DNA from: a virus
IMG/VR virus record: IMGVR_UViG_3300050821_004255
Span: 1-64,000 of that record
DNA: 64,000 nucleotides
Direction: 5' to 3' (one strand)
The notes beneath the pieces are model-generated. The model had not been told where the DNA came from. It made no database searches and worked only from the letters and a program-made list of their open reading frames with translations. A program made the position numbers and the translations under genes. Shown piece after piece: positions 18,277 through 28,092 of the stretch (positions within the stretch are counted from its first letter, which is position 1; each line of letters begins with the position of its first letter).

Positions 18277-19005
18277 ATGCGGGCTTCACTCAACAAGGCC
18301 AAAAGTCGCAGTCGTCCTCTCGCTAACGGCACCGGTATCGGTGTGGACGCCTACGGTAATAGCGTAATCGACCCGACTAAGAACGTTGAGGACAGCATTG
18401 AAGCGGCAGTAGCCCGCCTGGACGACCTTCGCGCGGCTAACAATCTTCTGTATGATGCAAAAATAGCTCACCTTGAGGATATGACTATCCTCCGGGCTGA
18501 ATATGAAGCCCGGTTGGCACTGGCAGAAGCTAAGCGCATTGATGCAATCCGAGCGGTGGATGTGAATGCGGTGGCTGTCGAACGCCAGCGTTCTTCCGAT
18601 CAAGCCAGTGTGCTGGCTACGCAGGTTCAACAATCAGCAGAAGCCCTCCGTTCATTGGTCGCCACAACTCAAACTTCCGTGGCGCAGGCACAGCAACAGA
18701 ACACTAGTACATTATCGGCTCGCATTACGACGCTTGAGCAGGCTCAATTGATCGGACAAGGCAAGCAATCTTTTTCAGATCCCATGATGGAGCAGATGTT
18801 TTCAGAACTCAAGAAAATGAGCCAAATACAGGCAGCGGGAGCCGGTCAGGCAAAAGGCATTGACAAGAGTTGGGCCGTCCTTGGGGCTGGCGTGTTGCTG
18901 CTAGTGGGGCTGTTGACAATATTTAACCAAGTCAGACCTTCAACTCCCGCGCCAGCGCCGCAAATTGTATTCCAGCCTGGAGCCATCGTTGTACCCGCAA
19001 AATAG
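18277..19005 (+). CDS. Coiled-coil protein with C-terminal TM helix
   Basis: Long heptad region then WAVLGAGVLLLVGLLTIF. Confidence 0.65.
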   Translation: MRASLNKAKSRSRPLANGTGIGVDAYGNSVIDPTKNVEDSIEAAVARLDDLRAANNLLYDAKIAHLEDMTILRAEYEARLALAEAKRIDAIRAVDVNAVAVERQRSSDQASVLATQVQQSAEALRSLVATTQTSVAQAQQQNTSTLSARITTLEQAQLIGQGKQSFSDPMMEQMFSELKKMSQIQAAGAGQAKGIDKSWAVLGAGVLLLVGLLTIFNQVRPSTPAPAPQIVFQPGAIVVPAK

Positions 19006-19015
19006 GTGATGCCAC

Positions 19016-19297
19016 ATGAAAACTGTCAAATACGTCGATCCCAAAAAGAAAACCCGCAAGCGGCCGAAAACTCTGGTTCTGCCAAAAGCGGTGATCGAAG
19101 ATCCAACGGTGACCGAAAAACTCCTGATGGAAAAGGCCATACCGGTTGAGCTTGAGCCAGAAGTCGAGCCGGTCCTGGATATCGTGTTCTATGCGCCAGA
19201 CGCGCCGCTGGAACAGCCTCATGCCATCGTGCTCGAAGTTCAGGGAAAGAAGTCACTCTGGAGGCGCTTCGAAGACTGGCTGGACGACAAGTCGTGA
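19016..19297 (+). CDS. Hypothetical protein
   Basis: AGGTG RBS, 93 aa. Confidence 0.5.
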   Translation: MKTVKYVDPKKKTRKRPKTLVLPKAVIEDPTVTEKLLMEKAIPVELEPEVEPVLDIVFYAPDAPLEQPHAIVLEVQGKKSLWRRFEDWLDDKS

Positions 19298-19301
19298 GCG
19301 G

Positions 19302-19330
19302 TTTACGTCTGGATCAAGATGTAGTATCAT
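19302..19330 (+). promoter_or_regulatory. Sigma70-type promoter with palindrome filling the -35/-10 spacer
   Basis: TTTACG-N17-TATCAT-N7-ATG(19338). Confidence 0.6.
19305..19322. repeat. 18-bp dispersed palindrome, copy 5
   Basis: ACGTCTGGATCAAGATGT, intergenic. Confidence 0.95.
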
Positions 19331-19337
19331 AACGGCC

Positions 19338-19757
19338 ATGACGAAGCTTTTCATGGGATTCCTGCTGGTGCTCCTGATGAGCGCCCAAACCGCCGATGTG
19401 GTGATTCTCAAGATCGAGGATTCGATAGGAGCCGAGGACGCCTGGAAGGCTCTTAAACTGGCAGAGCACCAATGGGCCGATATCAACGCTCGCGTCAAGA
19501 AGGTCTACGGCATCAGCTACGACGCTGAGTTTAGCAAAGACTTCAAGGCCGTCGTGCCTCGGACATGGAGCGGATCGGGAATGACAGGTAGTCTGCACTC
19601 TCAGAACTATTACTACGGTTCTGGCTGGGGAACGGTCTATCCGCTATACTGCTATCCAAGTGGCAGTATAATGACCAGCAACGTCAGTGGCACGAGCAAC
19701 GCCCTACCGTTGCTGCCGTCGAGTGGGGAAACCGCAATTTCGGGACCGACGCAATGA
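19338..19757 (+). CDS. Secreted hypothetical protein
   Basis: MTKLFMGFLLVLLMSA-Q signal peptide. Confidence 0.6.
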   Translation: MTKLFMGFLLVLLMSAQTADVVILKIEDSIGAEDAWKALKLAEHQWADINARVKKVYGISYDAEFSKDFKAVVPRTWSGSGMTGSLHSQNYYYGSGWGTVYPLYCYPSGSIMTSNVSGTSNALPLLPSSGETAISGPTQ

Positions 19758-19773
19758 AGCGACGTGCGACATC

Positions 19774-19938
19774 ATGACGGTGTGGGAATTCTTCGGCTAC
19801 ACACTGATCCTCGTACTCAGCGCTGGCTATTTCGGCTGGATCTTACGTGGCGCGCTACGACCGAAGGGGAAAGATGCGCGTACGGCGCAACCGGGTAGGG
19901 GCAAGGGAGGCCGCTTCGTTTCGCTGAAGCAATCTTAA
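19774..19938 (+). CDS. Small membrane protein
   Basis: One TM helix and basic tail ending GRFVSLK. Confidence 0.45.
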   Translation: MTVWEFFGYTLILVLSAGYFGWILRGALRPKGKDARTAQPGRGKGGRFVSLKQS

Positions 19939-19961
19939 CCGCCTCGCGTTCTAAAGTTTCC

Positions 19962-19979
19962 ACATCTTGATCCAGACGT
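19962..19979. repeat. 18-bp dispersed palindrome, copy 6
   Basis: ACATCTTGATCCAGACGT between convergent stops. Confidence 0.95.
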
Positions 19980-19981
19980 GA

Positions 19982-20457
19982 TTAGATGTGAGTCCAGTAA
20001 ATCCTATTAGTTATGCAACTCACCAGAGACTGAGCCACGTCGAAGCGCTCAGCGAGGGCTTTCTGTGACCATCCCTCTAACCGTAGTCTCCGCATTTCCA
20101 AGACCTGATCATTTTCAGCTTCTTCTTACGTGCTTCGCCCCTTGGAGAATTGGTGCGACCTTTTCGGTCACGATCAGCGGCGTTCTCCACGTCCGTCCCA
20201 AGAAAGAGATGCGATGGACGAAAGCACGGAGGGTTATCGCAGGTATGGCAAACGTCTATACCCTCTGGAATAGGCCCTTTGACTAGTTCGTAGGCAACGC
20301 AGTGGACGCGTCTGTGCTTGCCATTAGCGTAAACCTTGCCATAGCCCTGTCGCGTTCGACTTCGCGGCCATTCCATGCAGGAGTCATCCTCTGGAATAGA
20401 CTTGAGCATTTCCTTGATGAAAGGGAAGCAGAGAATCTGGTATCTTACATTAGGCAT
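19982..20457 (-). pseudogene. HNH homing endonuclease with a frameshift before its C-terminal HTH
   Basis: CMEW...GYG...VHCVAYEL..GPIP...VCHTCDNPPCFRPSHL...N; after KKKLK the -1 frame reads NDQVLEMRRLRLEGWSQKALAERFDVAQSLVSCITNRIYWTHI to a stop at 19982. Confidence 0.75.
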
Positions 20458-20607
20458 CGTTGAGCCCTCCACGGCTCTTCGCTGCGGGGCTTGCGCTGAG
20501 AGAAACAGCACAGGCCCCAACTCTCTTAGTTTACTACAGGCCAGCACGTACATTCAAGTAAAAAATGAACTTCCATTGCCGAAGTGCTTGGTGTATCATG
20601 TTCTTAC

Positions 20608-21771
20608 ATGGCAGTCTACACCGACACCCTCGCTTCGATGACGGGAAGAGTAAGACAGGCAAAAGCTAACGCAGCGCCGACCGCCATACGCGATTTCCTG
20701 AACGACAGGATCAGGTATCTAATTGATTCTCAACCGTTTTGGGCCGATCTTGTCAGTCGCGGCGTGCTCTCAATGCCAGCGGCTTACGTGGCCGGAACTA
20801 TCACTCTAACGAGTGGCTCAGTCACGGTTACCGGCGCAGGAACATCGTGGCCGGTCGCGGACGTCAGCAACACGAATATCCCGCTCGGCATTTCCGAAAA
20901 AGGCATTTTGACGGTTGCCCCGGCATCTATGGCCGGAATCTCCACGGACAGCTTTCTCTATATCGACGCTGGGGGCACTCCTGAGGCCGTGGCAGTGCTG
21001 GAGACCACACCCACGACGTTTGCTGCCCGGTTCACGTCTGTTCATAACCAGAACTGCACTGTGACGCAATCGTCTTTGGCCGGCCTGCAACTCAAGCTTG
21101 GGGCGACATACCCGGTCTTCACGGTTCGCGCTGTTCATTCGACGACAGAACTGGAAATGGACATGGCATGGGGAACGACGACATTGACTGGCGCGGCATA
21201 CCAGCTTTTGAAGTGCTATTTCTCCATCGCACCAGACCTGAAAGACATTCTCAACGTCTGGGACCCGGCGCAGGGCCGGCCATTGCTATTTCACAAGCCG
21301 CAAGACTGGTTGAATGTTCGCGATCCACAGCGTCAGTCAACCGGGTTCCCAATGGCCCTAGTGGACCATAGCCCGTCTGAATCCGGGAGTATGCAGTATG
21401 AGCTTTGGCCACATCAGCCCATCGCCTACCAGATCCCGATCCTGTACGCCCGCCAATGGCCGTTGCTGAAGAATCCGACAGACCGGCCGCCATGGTTTAT
21501 TTCGCCTTCAGTCATCATAGATGGCGCGATTGCCGACGCTTTGAGAATCAGAAATAGTGCGACTGCCGAGATGCCAGATCCGTATTTCGACCCGAAGAAT
21601 GCGCAGACTTATGAGGCGAAATTCCAGGCCGGCATGCAGGCCGCTCTGAACATAAACGAGAGTAAAATGCTCACCGTTTACCAAACGTATTCAGACATGT
21701 GGTCTGCGTCTCCGGGAGGCAGTTATTGGCAAAGTCATGTCTCGGATCTGGATAGCGATGGGTCTTACTGA
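20608..21771 (+). CDS. Putative head-tail adaptor with inserted beta domain
   Basis: Helical N- and C-termini (DRPPWFI.P.VIIDGAIADAL...YEAKF) around a beta-rich insert; position. Confidence 0.55.
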   Translation: MAVYTDTLASMTGRVRQAKANAAPTAIRDFLNDRIRYLIDSQPFWADLVSRGVLSMPAAYVAGTITLTSGSVTVTGAGTSWPVADVSNTNIPLGISEKGILTVAPASMAGISTDSFLYIDAGGTPEAVAVLETTPTTFAARFTSVHNQNCTVTQSSLAGLQLKLGATYPVFTVRAVHSTTELEMDMAWGTTTLTGAAYQLLKCYFSIAPDLKDILNVWDPAQGRPLLFHKPQDWLNVRDPQRQSTGFPMALVDHSPSESGSMQYELWPHQPIAYQIPILYARQWPLLKNPTDRPPWFISPSVIIDGAIADALRIRNSATAEMPDPYFDPKNAQTYEAKFQAGMQAALNINESKMLTVYQTYSDMWSASPGGSYWQSHVSDLDSDGSY

Positions 21772-21777
21772 TAGATC

Positions 21778-22422
21778 ATGCCAACTTATTCCCTTGCCGA
21801 ACTGGAAACTCTCGTGTGGAACCGGGTTGAGTCGAACACAATCCTGTACACTCAGCCGGAGGTCCAAGCCGTGATCTCTGAAGCGCTGCGGGTTACAAAT
21901 TTGTTCAGTGCGACGAATGAAGGCAGCGTGGAACTGCCCGGTTTCACGGTCAAGGGGCAGCTCGTCTATCAAACGCCGCTCGGGATGATCTTCCCAACGC
22001 GCGTGGCGTTCGAGGGCCGCGATCTGGACAAAGTTGGCTTGACGCGCATCGGTCAAGACATACGATCATGGGCAACCGATGACACGAACAACTATGGCCC
22101 AGTGGCCCGGTGGATTCCGATCGGCATCCAAGCATTTGCCATTCACCCTATCGATGCCGTAGGTGGGAATGATCTGACGGTGACTGGCGTGTTTGAGACG
22201 ACACCGATGACGAAGCCTACCGACGTGATGCAGCTTGACGACGAATTCGTGTCGCTCATCTCCGAGTATGGTGGCCACAGGCTTGTCTTGAAAGAGGCCG
22301 GCAAAGTCTTCACGGATGCTAGTGTCTTGATTCAGGCATTCTGGCGCGTCATGAAACGGCTAAAGCGCTGGCAGTCGTTCAAAGCGCCTCGATATTTTGT
22401 CCAGGTTCAGGAGCCAAAATGA
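21778..22422 (+). CDS. Adaptor/tail tubular-like protein
   Basis: MPTYSLAELETLV... adaptor-like layout, ~210 aa. Confidence 0.5.
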   Translation: MPTYSLAELETLVWNRVESNTILYTQPEVQAVISEALRVTNLFSATNEGSVELPGFTVKGQLVYQTPLGMIFPTRVAFEGRDLDKVGLTRIGQDIRSWATDDTNNYGPVARWIPIGIQAFAIHPIDAVGGNDLTVTGVFETTPMTKPTDVMQLDDEFVSLISEYGGHRLVLKEAGKVFTDASVLIQAFWRVMKRLKRWQSFKAPRYFVQVQEPK

Positions 22423-24359
22423 AGATCGTTCTTGCGATAGCTTTGGCGAGTATCTCGCTGGCTCAGAACCCTAATACCGCAGCCTATCCAGGTCGTGTTG
22501 CGACGGATACGGATCTTCTGGTCGCGACGAACAACGTGACGACGACGCTAACGATTCCTCTCGGCGTAGGCGATACGACGATCACCGTGGCATCGACTAC
22601 CGGCATCCAGGTTCCTACGGCTCTGTCGATCGATTCGGAGATTATCAAGGTCTGCTCAAAGGGCTCGACCACATTCACAGTTTGTTCTAGTGGTCGAGGA
22701 TTCGACGGAACGACGCCAACAACTCACAACGTCAATGCCGCCGTAAACTTCTTCGTTGTTAGCGATTTCCATAACCAAGCCGCCGCCGAGATCAAAGCCA
22801 TCGAAACGACGCTCGGGACCAACTTCGTTGCCCCTCCGCAGTTGTTATCGACATCCACTTACGACTTTGCCTCTCAAGCCCCAGGTGGCTCCCTTACTGC
22901 CGGCATAGGAGCATCTGTCACTTTGACGCCTTGTCCGCTGGGCGTTAACGGAGGTGACACTAACCACTATCTCTACATCTCTGGCGGATCAGGGACGGCA
23001 GAGGCCGTGTTGCTGGCTGGTGGCTCTTGTACATCAGGCGCAGCGACTGGTAGCGTGATTTTCACGCCAGCAAATTCCCACTCTGGGGCATGGACCATTA
23101 AGAGCGCTAGTTCTGGTATCAAAGAATGCTTTGTCCTGGCGGGCAATGGCGGCTCTTGCTATACACCAAGTGGAACTTCGAACTTTTATGCTCCGCTCTA
23201 TCTGGACTGGAATCAGTTCTCGTGGCGAGGCTCTGGCAATTCCTCGATCATTCAACAGCAATTTGTAGGTGATGGAATCATTGTCGGGCCTCCGGCTCTG
23301 ACTTCTACATACCTGACTGTAAGTGATCTGAACGCAGTCTGGGGGTTCGGTGTGGGAACGTATGGTTCATCTGGAGCCATCTGGGTGTTCAAAAATATCG
23401 GCCAAGGATTCTTCAATAACCTAAAAGCTTTTCTTGCATACGAGGGCTTTCGTTTCAACGGAGTCCAGCAAGCTACTTGGTCTAATATGCAATCCATTTC
23501 AGGGCAGATTGCCTACCACTGGGTGTCCAACCCAAGTTCTATAAACCTCGGAGGCGTTTGGAATAATCTGGAGGGAGAAACACAGGCAGGAGGAACCTGT
23601 TTGTTGGTCGAGCCGATCATCGCTGGAGTCTCAATAACGAATATCAACGTCGGCGGTCTGGCTGCGTATGGAATACGTATTGTGCCGAGTGCGGTAGGGG
23701 GCAGTTTCTTGAACGAACTAGTCGTTGATGGAGGATTCATAGACAGTTCTACCGTGAGCGCCTTGGCTGTGACATATGTGGCGGGTGGAGTAGAAACAGT
23801 TGCCAACACGATGCACTTCTCCAATATGAGAATGCACTCCATAGGTAGCGCTCCGACTGTTGATATAAGCCTGCTTGGAGGATATATGTTCTCCAATGTA
23901 TCAGTAGTCAATGCTGGCACTGGCAAGGCCATTTCTCTCGCAGGAGTCAGAAATTCTCAATTTACGAACTGCCTAATAGATGTCTCCTCGGTAGCCGCAG
24001 TTCCGGTAGCGTTTGTAGCTGGTACGGGTGGCGAAGTGAACAGCAATATCAATTTTTCTGGGAATCAGGTCGGCTTCAACGACATGACTCCTACGACTGC
24101 CCTGAATTCTGACACCAGCGCCGGCACGGGGATAAAGTTCTCCGCTAATCGGTTTAATGGTGCAATAGGTTGGAACCAGACCGGCGCGAATAATGTTTGG
24201 GATTTGTCAAATCAAGTTATTCCCTCGATCCCATTTTCTCTTTTGCCCGGTTTCGCCAATGGCTCTTCGCTATTTTGTAGGGATTGTAATTCTACCTGTA
24301 CGGCCGGATCAGCAACAGGCAGGACATGCTTCCGGGAAAATGGCGGTTGGACGCATTGA
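22419..24359 (+). CDS. Signal-peptide tailspike-like protein with right-handed beta-helix
   Basis: MKIVLAIALASISLA-Q; fibre-type anchor (HNQAAAEIKAIETTLG); N/G/S-rich beta-helix repeats. Confidence 0.7.
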   Translation: MKIVLAIALASISLAQNPNTAAYPGRVATDTDLLVATNNVTTTLTIPLGVGDTTITVASTTGIQVPTALSIDSEIIKVCSKGSTTFTVCSSGRGFDGTTPTTHNVNAAVNFFVVSDFHNQAAAEIKAIETTLGTNFVAPPQLLSTSTYDFASQAPGGSLTAGIGASVTLTPCPLGVNGGDTNHYLYISGGSGTAEAVLLAGGSCTSGAATGSVIFTPANSHSGAWTIKSASSGIKECFVLAGNGGSCYTPSGTSNFYAPLYLDWNQFSWRGSGNSSIIQQQFVGDGIIVGPPALTSTYLTVSDLNAVWGFGVGTYGSSGAIWVFKNIGQGFFNNLKAFLAYEGFRFNGVQQATWSNMQSISGQIAYHWVSNPSSINLGGVWNNLEGETQAGGTCLLVEPIIAGVSITNINVGGLAAYGIRIVPSAVGGSFLNELVVDGGFIDSSTVSALAVTYVAGGVETVANTMHFSNMRMHSIGSAPTVDISLLGGYMFSNVSVVNAGTGKAISLAGVRNSQFTNCLIDVSSVAAVPVAFVAGTGGEVNSNINFSGNQVGFNDMTPTTALNSDTSAGTGIKFSANRFNGAIGWNQTGANNVWDLSNQVIPSIPFSLLPGFANGSSLFCRDCNSTCTAGSATGRTCFRENGGWTH

Positions 24360-24360
24360 T

Positions 24361-25149
24361 ATGGGAGGATTCAACCAAGGCGGGTTCGGGACTTTTCCAT
24401 GGGGTGGGCCTCCCCCTGTACCTCCGACGCCGGGACCTCCGCAGCGTGTTGGGTTGCCGGTCTCGGAAATCTACCAACGAGTTTGCTGGGACTTGCTCGA
24501 AGATTATAATCTTGTGCTCGGAACAGTCACACCCGAGCAGTTCCTGGACGCTCTGGAGCAGGCCATTCTTGACTTCTGCCAAGAGACAATGATGGTCAAA
24601 CAAATCTTCACGCAAACGATCTTTTTAGCTCAGTCGCAATACATAGTCCCAGACGACATTTTGGAGCCCCAGGCCTGCTTCGTTGGCGGCGTGTTCTTGC
24701 AGCCTACGACGCTTGAAGAATTAAACAACGGCGAATACCAGTGGGCACGGCAAGTGGGACCGCCGCGAGCGTGGTTCCAGGACGGCTTGCCGGTTCACAT
24801 GATTCAACTGTTTCCAATTCCAGATTATACTGGCACGGTCATCGCTGGACCAAAGCCTCCGTTCGGAAATTATGGTGACTTCTTCCCTACGCAGCGCAAT
24901 CTGACAATCGTTGGCGGTGCAGCACCGTTGAACTTCACCGCGAATCCATTGACCCTACAGAGCAACCTGCCTGGGATTATACCGGACAGCTTTACGCCGT
25001 ATCTTGTCTACCGCGTTCTTGCTCGTATTTTCAGCCTTGATGGCGAGTGTCACGATTCGCAGAGGGCCATTTACTGCCAAAGCCGTTTTGAGGAGGGAAT
25101 TTCTCTCGGCTCTTCCGTTATGCTTGAGGCGATCAACGATGCCAAATAG
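24361..25149 (+). CDS. Adaptor-like protein
   Basis: Start MGGFNQGG; YIVPDDIL...GPPRAW...QLFPIPD...IPDSFTPYLVY adaptor-like pattern. Confidence 0.55.
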   Translation: MGGFNQGGFGTFPWGGPPPVPPTPGPPQRVGLPVSEIYQRVCWDLLEDYNLVLGTVTPEQFLDALEQAILDFCQETMMVKQIFTQTIFLAQSQYIVPDDILEPQACFVGGVFLQPTTLEELNNGEYQWARQVGPPRAWFQDGLPVHMIQLFPIPDYTGTVIAGPKPPFGNYGDFFPTQRNLTIVGGAAPLNFTANPLTLQSNLPGIIPDSFTPYLVYRVLARIFSLDGECHDSQRAIYCQSRFEEGISLGSSVMLEAINDAK

Positions 25150-27769
25150 AATTCTACGTCTGGATCAAGATGTAGCTTTGCTGCTTCTGCTGGCCTTACC
25201 GGCGATGAGCCAAATTGTCCCGACAGCCGTACAGGCAACGCGCGTCAGCAATATAACATCGGCTGCAACAGTGCTGGACAATAGATCGACCTATTTGCAA
25301 CTGAATGACTTTCATACATTCAATGTCAGCGGCTCAGGGACATGGTCGGTTCAGATTCAATACTCCGACACATCCGCGACTGGCCCATGGACAAACTTCC
25401 CAGAATCAGCGGCTCTCGTCACGAATACGACAGTGCCGCCAAGTGGATCAGGAACGGGATACCATGCGTGGATCAGGTTCTCGATAACCGGCACTGTATC
25501 TATCAATTATGCAGGGACGCGCGGTTTTTATGTCCCTACGTCTGGAGTCGCTGGAGGTGGGCCTCCGATCGCCGCCCCTTACCTGACGATGACTCCGAGT
25601 GCGCCACTCATAAATTCGTTCGCCATGAGCGGTCTTTCTACTGGCATCGTTAAAAATACGACGGGTACAGGCCAGCCGTCGATTGCAATGGGAACTGATC
25701 TGCCGACCGGAATACCGATAGCGTCGCTGGATACGGGAACCGTGACATCGACGGAGTACAACTACTTGCACGGGGTCACATCGGCAATTCAGACGCAGTT
25801 CAGCGGCAAAGTCGGCACAGGATCGTGCCCATCTCATCAGGTTGCCATTGCAACGATAAGTGCCGGCGTGACTTGCGTGCAGTTGGATGTCACGTCGAAC
25901 TATTTTGCGAATATAGGAACGACGACAACGGTGTTGCATGGCAACGCGTCCGGCAATCTATCTTTCAGCGCCGTAAATTTGCTGGCAGATATTGTGAATA
26001 CGCTTCCAAAGGCCAACAATCTTGCTACGGCAGTGTATACTGACCAATCCAATGTCTACACCGCTGGCACGCAAGACGTGCGGGGTGCGGTCCACTCTAT
26101 GCCAGCCGTGACAGGACTGTTCGCGGCACTTCCCGCCACCTGCACAGTTGGCGAGCAGTATTTCGCAACCGATAAACCGGCTGGGCAAAATCTGTACGGT
26201 TGCACGGCGACGAATACTTGGAATCTGGAAGGGCCTGTCGGAAGCGGTACCTTAACTAATGTTTCTAGCGCATGTGGGCTTTCTGGCGGCCCTATCACGA
26301 CTACCGGAACGCTCAAGATCTCTCCAACTGTTGTTGCGATATCTAGCACGACGCCAACGCTTTCAGCGGGCAATTGCGGCTTAACGAACCAGTTCACCGG
26401 AGCATCGCCAGCGGTCACGGTCCCCGCTCCAGGAGGTAGCTTCCCGAATGGCTGGTATGCCTACATTAGCTTCACAGGCTCCGGCACGCTAGTTCTCACT
26501 TCGGTTGCAAGCACGATCAACGGTTTCAGTTCTGTTTCTATAAATGCCGCGAACGGAGCGGGCGGCTTCCTAGTGAGCGATGGTACGAACTGGGAATACA
26601 TCTCCGGTGGGTCTTCCAGCGCTGGCGCAACTGCGATATTCGGTTATGATCTGGTCAATACGAGCGCCACGGTCCAGACTGTAGGTGGAGCGCAATGTAC
26701 CGCTTCGACGCCATGCAGCGTCGGTAAAGGCGCAGTCAACTCAGCCGCCTTGGTAGCTGGCGCGACTGCCACGCTAAGCGGCACGAGTGTAGGAGGAACT
26801 AATCAGGCGTGGTGGTACTACGATAGCCTGTTCACTTTGACGCTGGGACATAACGCTGCGACCACCGTCACCTGTAGCGGATGCACGACGGTGACCGGCA
26901 TTACCGGGTTCCCCGCCGATTCAATTCCGCTATGGAATACGACATTCACAAGCTTGGCGTGGAATTCGATTGTACCGGCGACGATGGATAGGCGCAGGGC
27001 TCAAACTGGCTCCGATGTCGTGGCTGGTCCAGGAAATGCCCAATCGGACGATCCGACTACCGGAATCCGCACGATTTCGACAGACCCCACGTTAACGCCG
27101 CGTTACTTCACAGGCTCTGGCACCCCGGCGCTAAGCTGCACGGCTGGCCGCGATTTTTACACCGATACGACTGGCATGCAACTGTATTTTTGCGATGCCA
27201 CAAATACGTGGAAATCGGCCAACAGTGCAGGTACGATGATAGTCCCGCTTCCGCTCGCTGGAACTGATCTATCCAGAGGTTATTATCCTGGCCCTGGAGT
27301 GATGACCAATGGAACTTTTGCTAATGCCCTTACTTATACCGGACCTGGCGCGATAGGGTCAAGCCCTCAGACAGTCGGTATTAGCTTAATTGTGGCGACG
27401 CCCAGTAGGTACGTGAAGGCTGAAATAATGGCGAGTCCCACGTGGAGTGCCGCTTCAGGGACAGTTGATTTCTCAGTGACAATTGAGGAGGGAGCTACTA
27501 ACACTACTGGATCGTGGAATTTAACCGGGTACGTCGGGTGTCAAGCCGTAGGCGCAATTCCCACATTTGGAACCGGCACCACTGTCAATGTAACCCCTCC
27601 GACTACTATAGGGTGGCCCTCCAAAGCTGTGTTTACGGCCTTGAATTTACCGGCGTCTTGCGCCCACGATCTACTACTTCAATTCTGGGTAGAGCGGGTT
27701 GCAGACACAGGAAGCCCAACTGGCGTGCCTTATCTGACCGAAATAACCGCAGTCATTCGCGGAAACTGA
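25139..27769 (+). CDS. Signal-peptide, Cys/Thr-rich fibre-like protein
   Basis: Start MPNRILRLDQDVALLLLLALPAMS-Q with GAGG RBS; LPATCTVGEQYFATD...NLYGCTATNTW-type modules occur twice. Confidence 0.7.
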   Translation: MPNRILRLDQDVALLLLLALPAMSQIVPTAVQATRVSNITSAATVLDNRSTYLQLNDFHTFNVSGSGTWSVQIQYSDTSATGPWTNFPESAALVTNTTVPPSGSGTGYHAWIRFSITGTVSINYAGTRGFYVPTSGVAGGGPPIAAPYLTMTPSAPLINSFAMSGLSTGIVKNTTGTGQPSIAMGTDLPTGIPIASLDTGTVTSTEYNYLHGVTSAIQTQFSGKVGTGSCPSHQVAIATISAGVTCVQLDVTSNYFANIGTTTTVLHGNASGNLSFSAVNLLADIVNTLPKANNLATAVYTDQSNVYTAGTQDVRGAVHSMPAVTGLFAALPATCTVGEQYFATDKPAGQNLYGCTATNTWNLEGPVGSGTLTNVSSACGLSGGPITTTGTLKISPTVVAISSTTPTLSAGNCGLTNQFTGASPAVTVPAPGGSFPNGWYAYISFTGSGTLVLTSVASTINGFSSVSINAANGAGGFLVSDGTNWEYISGGSSSAGATAIFGYDLVNTSATVQTVGGAQCTASTPCSVGKGAVNSAALVAGATATLSGTSVGGTNQAWWYYDSLFTLTLGHNAATTVTCSGCTTVTGITGFPADSIPLWNTTFTSLAWNSIVPATMDRRRAQTGSDVVAGPGNAQSDDPTTGIRTISTDPTLTPRYFTGSGTPALSCTAGRDFYTDTTGMQLYFCDATNTWKSANSAGTMIVPLPLAGTDLSRGYYPGPGVMTNGTFANALTYTGPGAIGSSPQTVGISLIVATPSRYVKAEIMASPTWSAASGTVDFSVTIEEGATNTTGSWNLTGYVGCQAVGAIPTFGTGTTVNVTPPTTIGWPSKAVFTALNLPASCAHDLLLQFWVERVADTGSPTGVPYLTEITAVIRGN
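25156..25173. repeat. 18-bp dispersed palindrome, copy 7
   Basis: ACGTCTGGATCAAGATGT at a gene junction, inside a signal-peptide n-region. Confidence 0.95.
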
Positions 27770-28092
27770 TGCGGCTCAAGACTGCACTGGCGGCACTCAT
27801 CTGGCTATTGGTATTGGCGTGCTGTTTCCTTGCTACCACTTCGCAAGCCGCGGCTATTGGCTCTCAAGGTACGTGCCTCCAGTGTGACCCCTTCCAGGTC
27901 CAACAGTTACCTTTCGGTCCTTGGCCCGGAGATTTATCAACGTTGTCCCAAATTTTACGGACAATCTCTTCGGAAAGCGTCGGAAGTGGTTTACACTTAG
28001 GATCAGTCACGTTGCCTCCTTCGCAGGCGATGTGGTTAGAGTCGTCACGAGCGTTGAAGCGCTTGTGGCGACTCCTCTTGAGGTTAGCATGA
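27769..28092 (+). CDS. Small secreted protein
   Basis: MRLKTALAALIWLLVLACCFLATTSQA; TGATG and ATGA coupling on both sides. Confidence 0.5.
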   Translation: MRLKTALAALIWLLVLACCFLATTSQAAAIGSQGTCLQCDPFQVQQLPFGPWPGDLSTLSQILRTISSESVGSGLHLGSVTLPPSQAMWLESSRALKRLWRLLLRLA

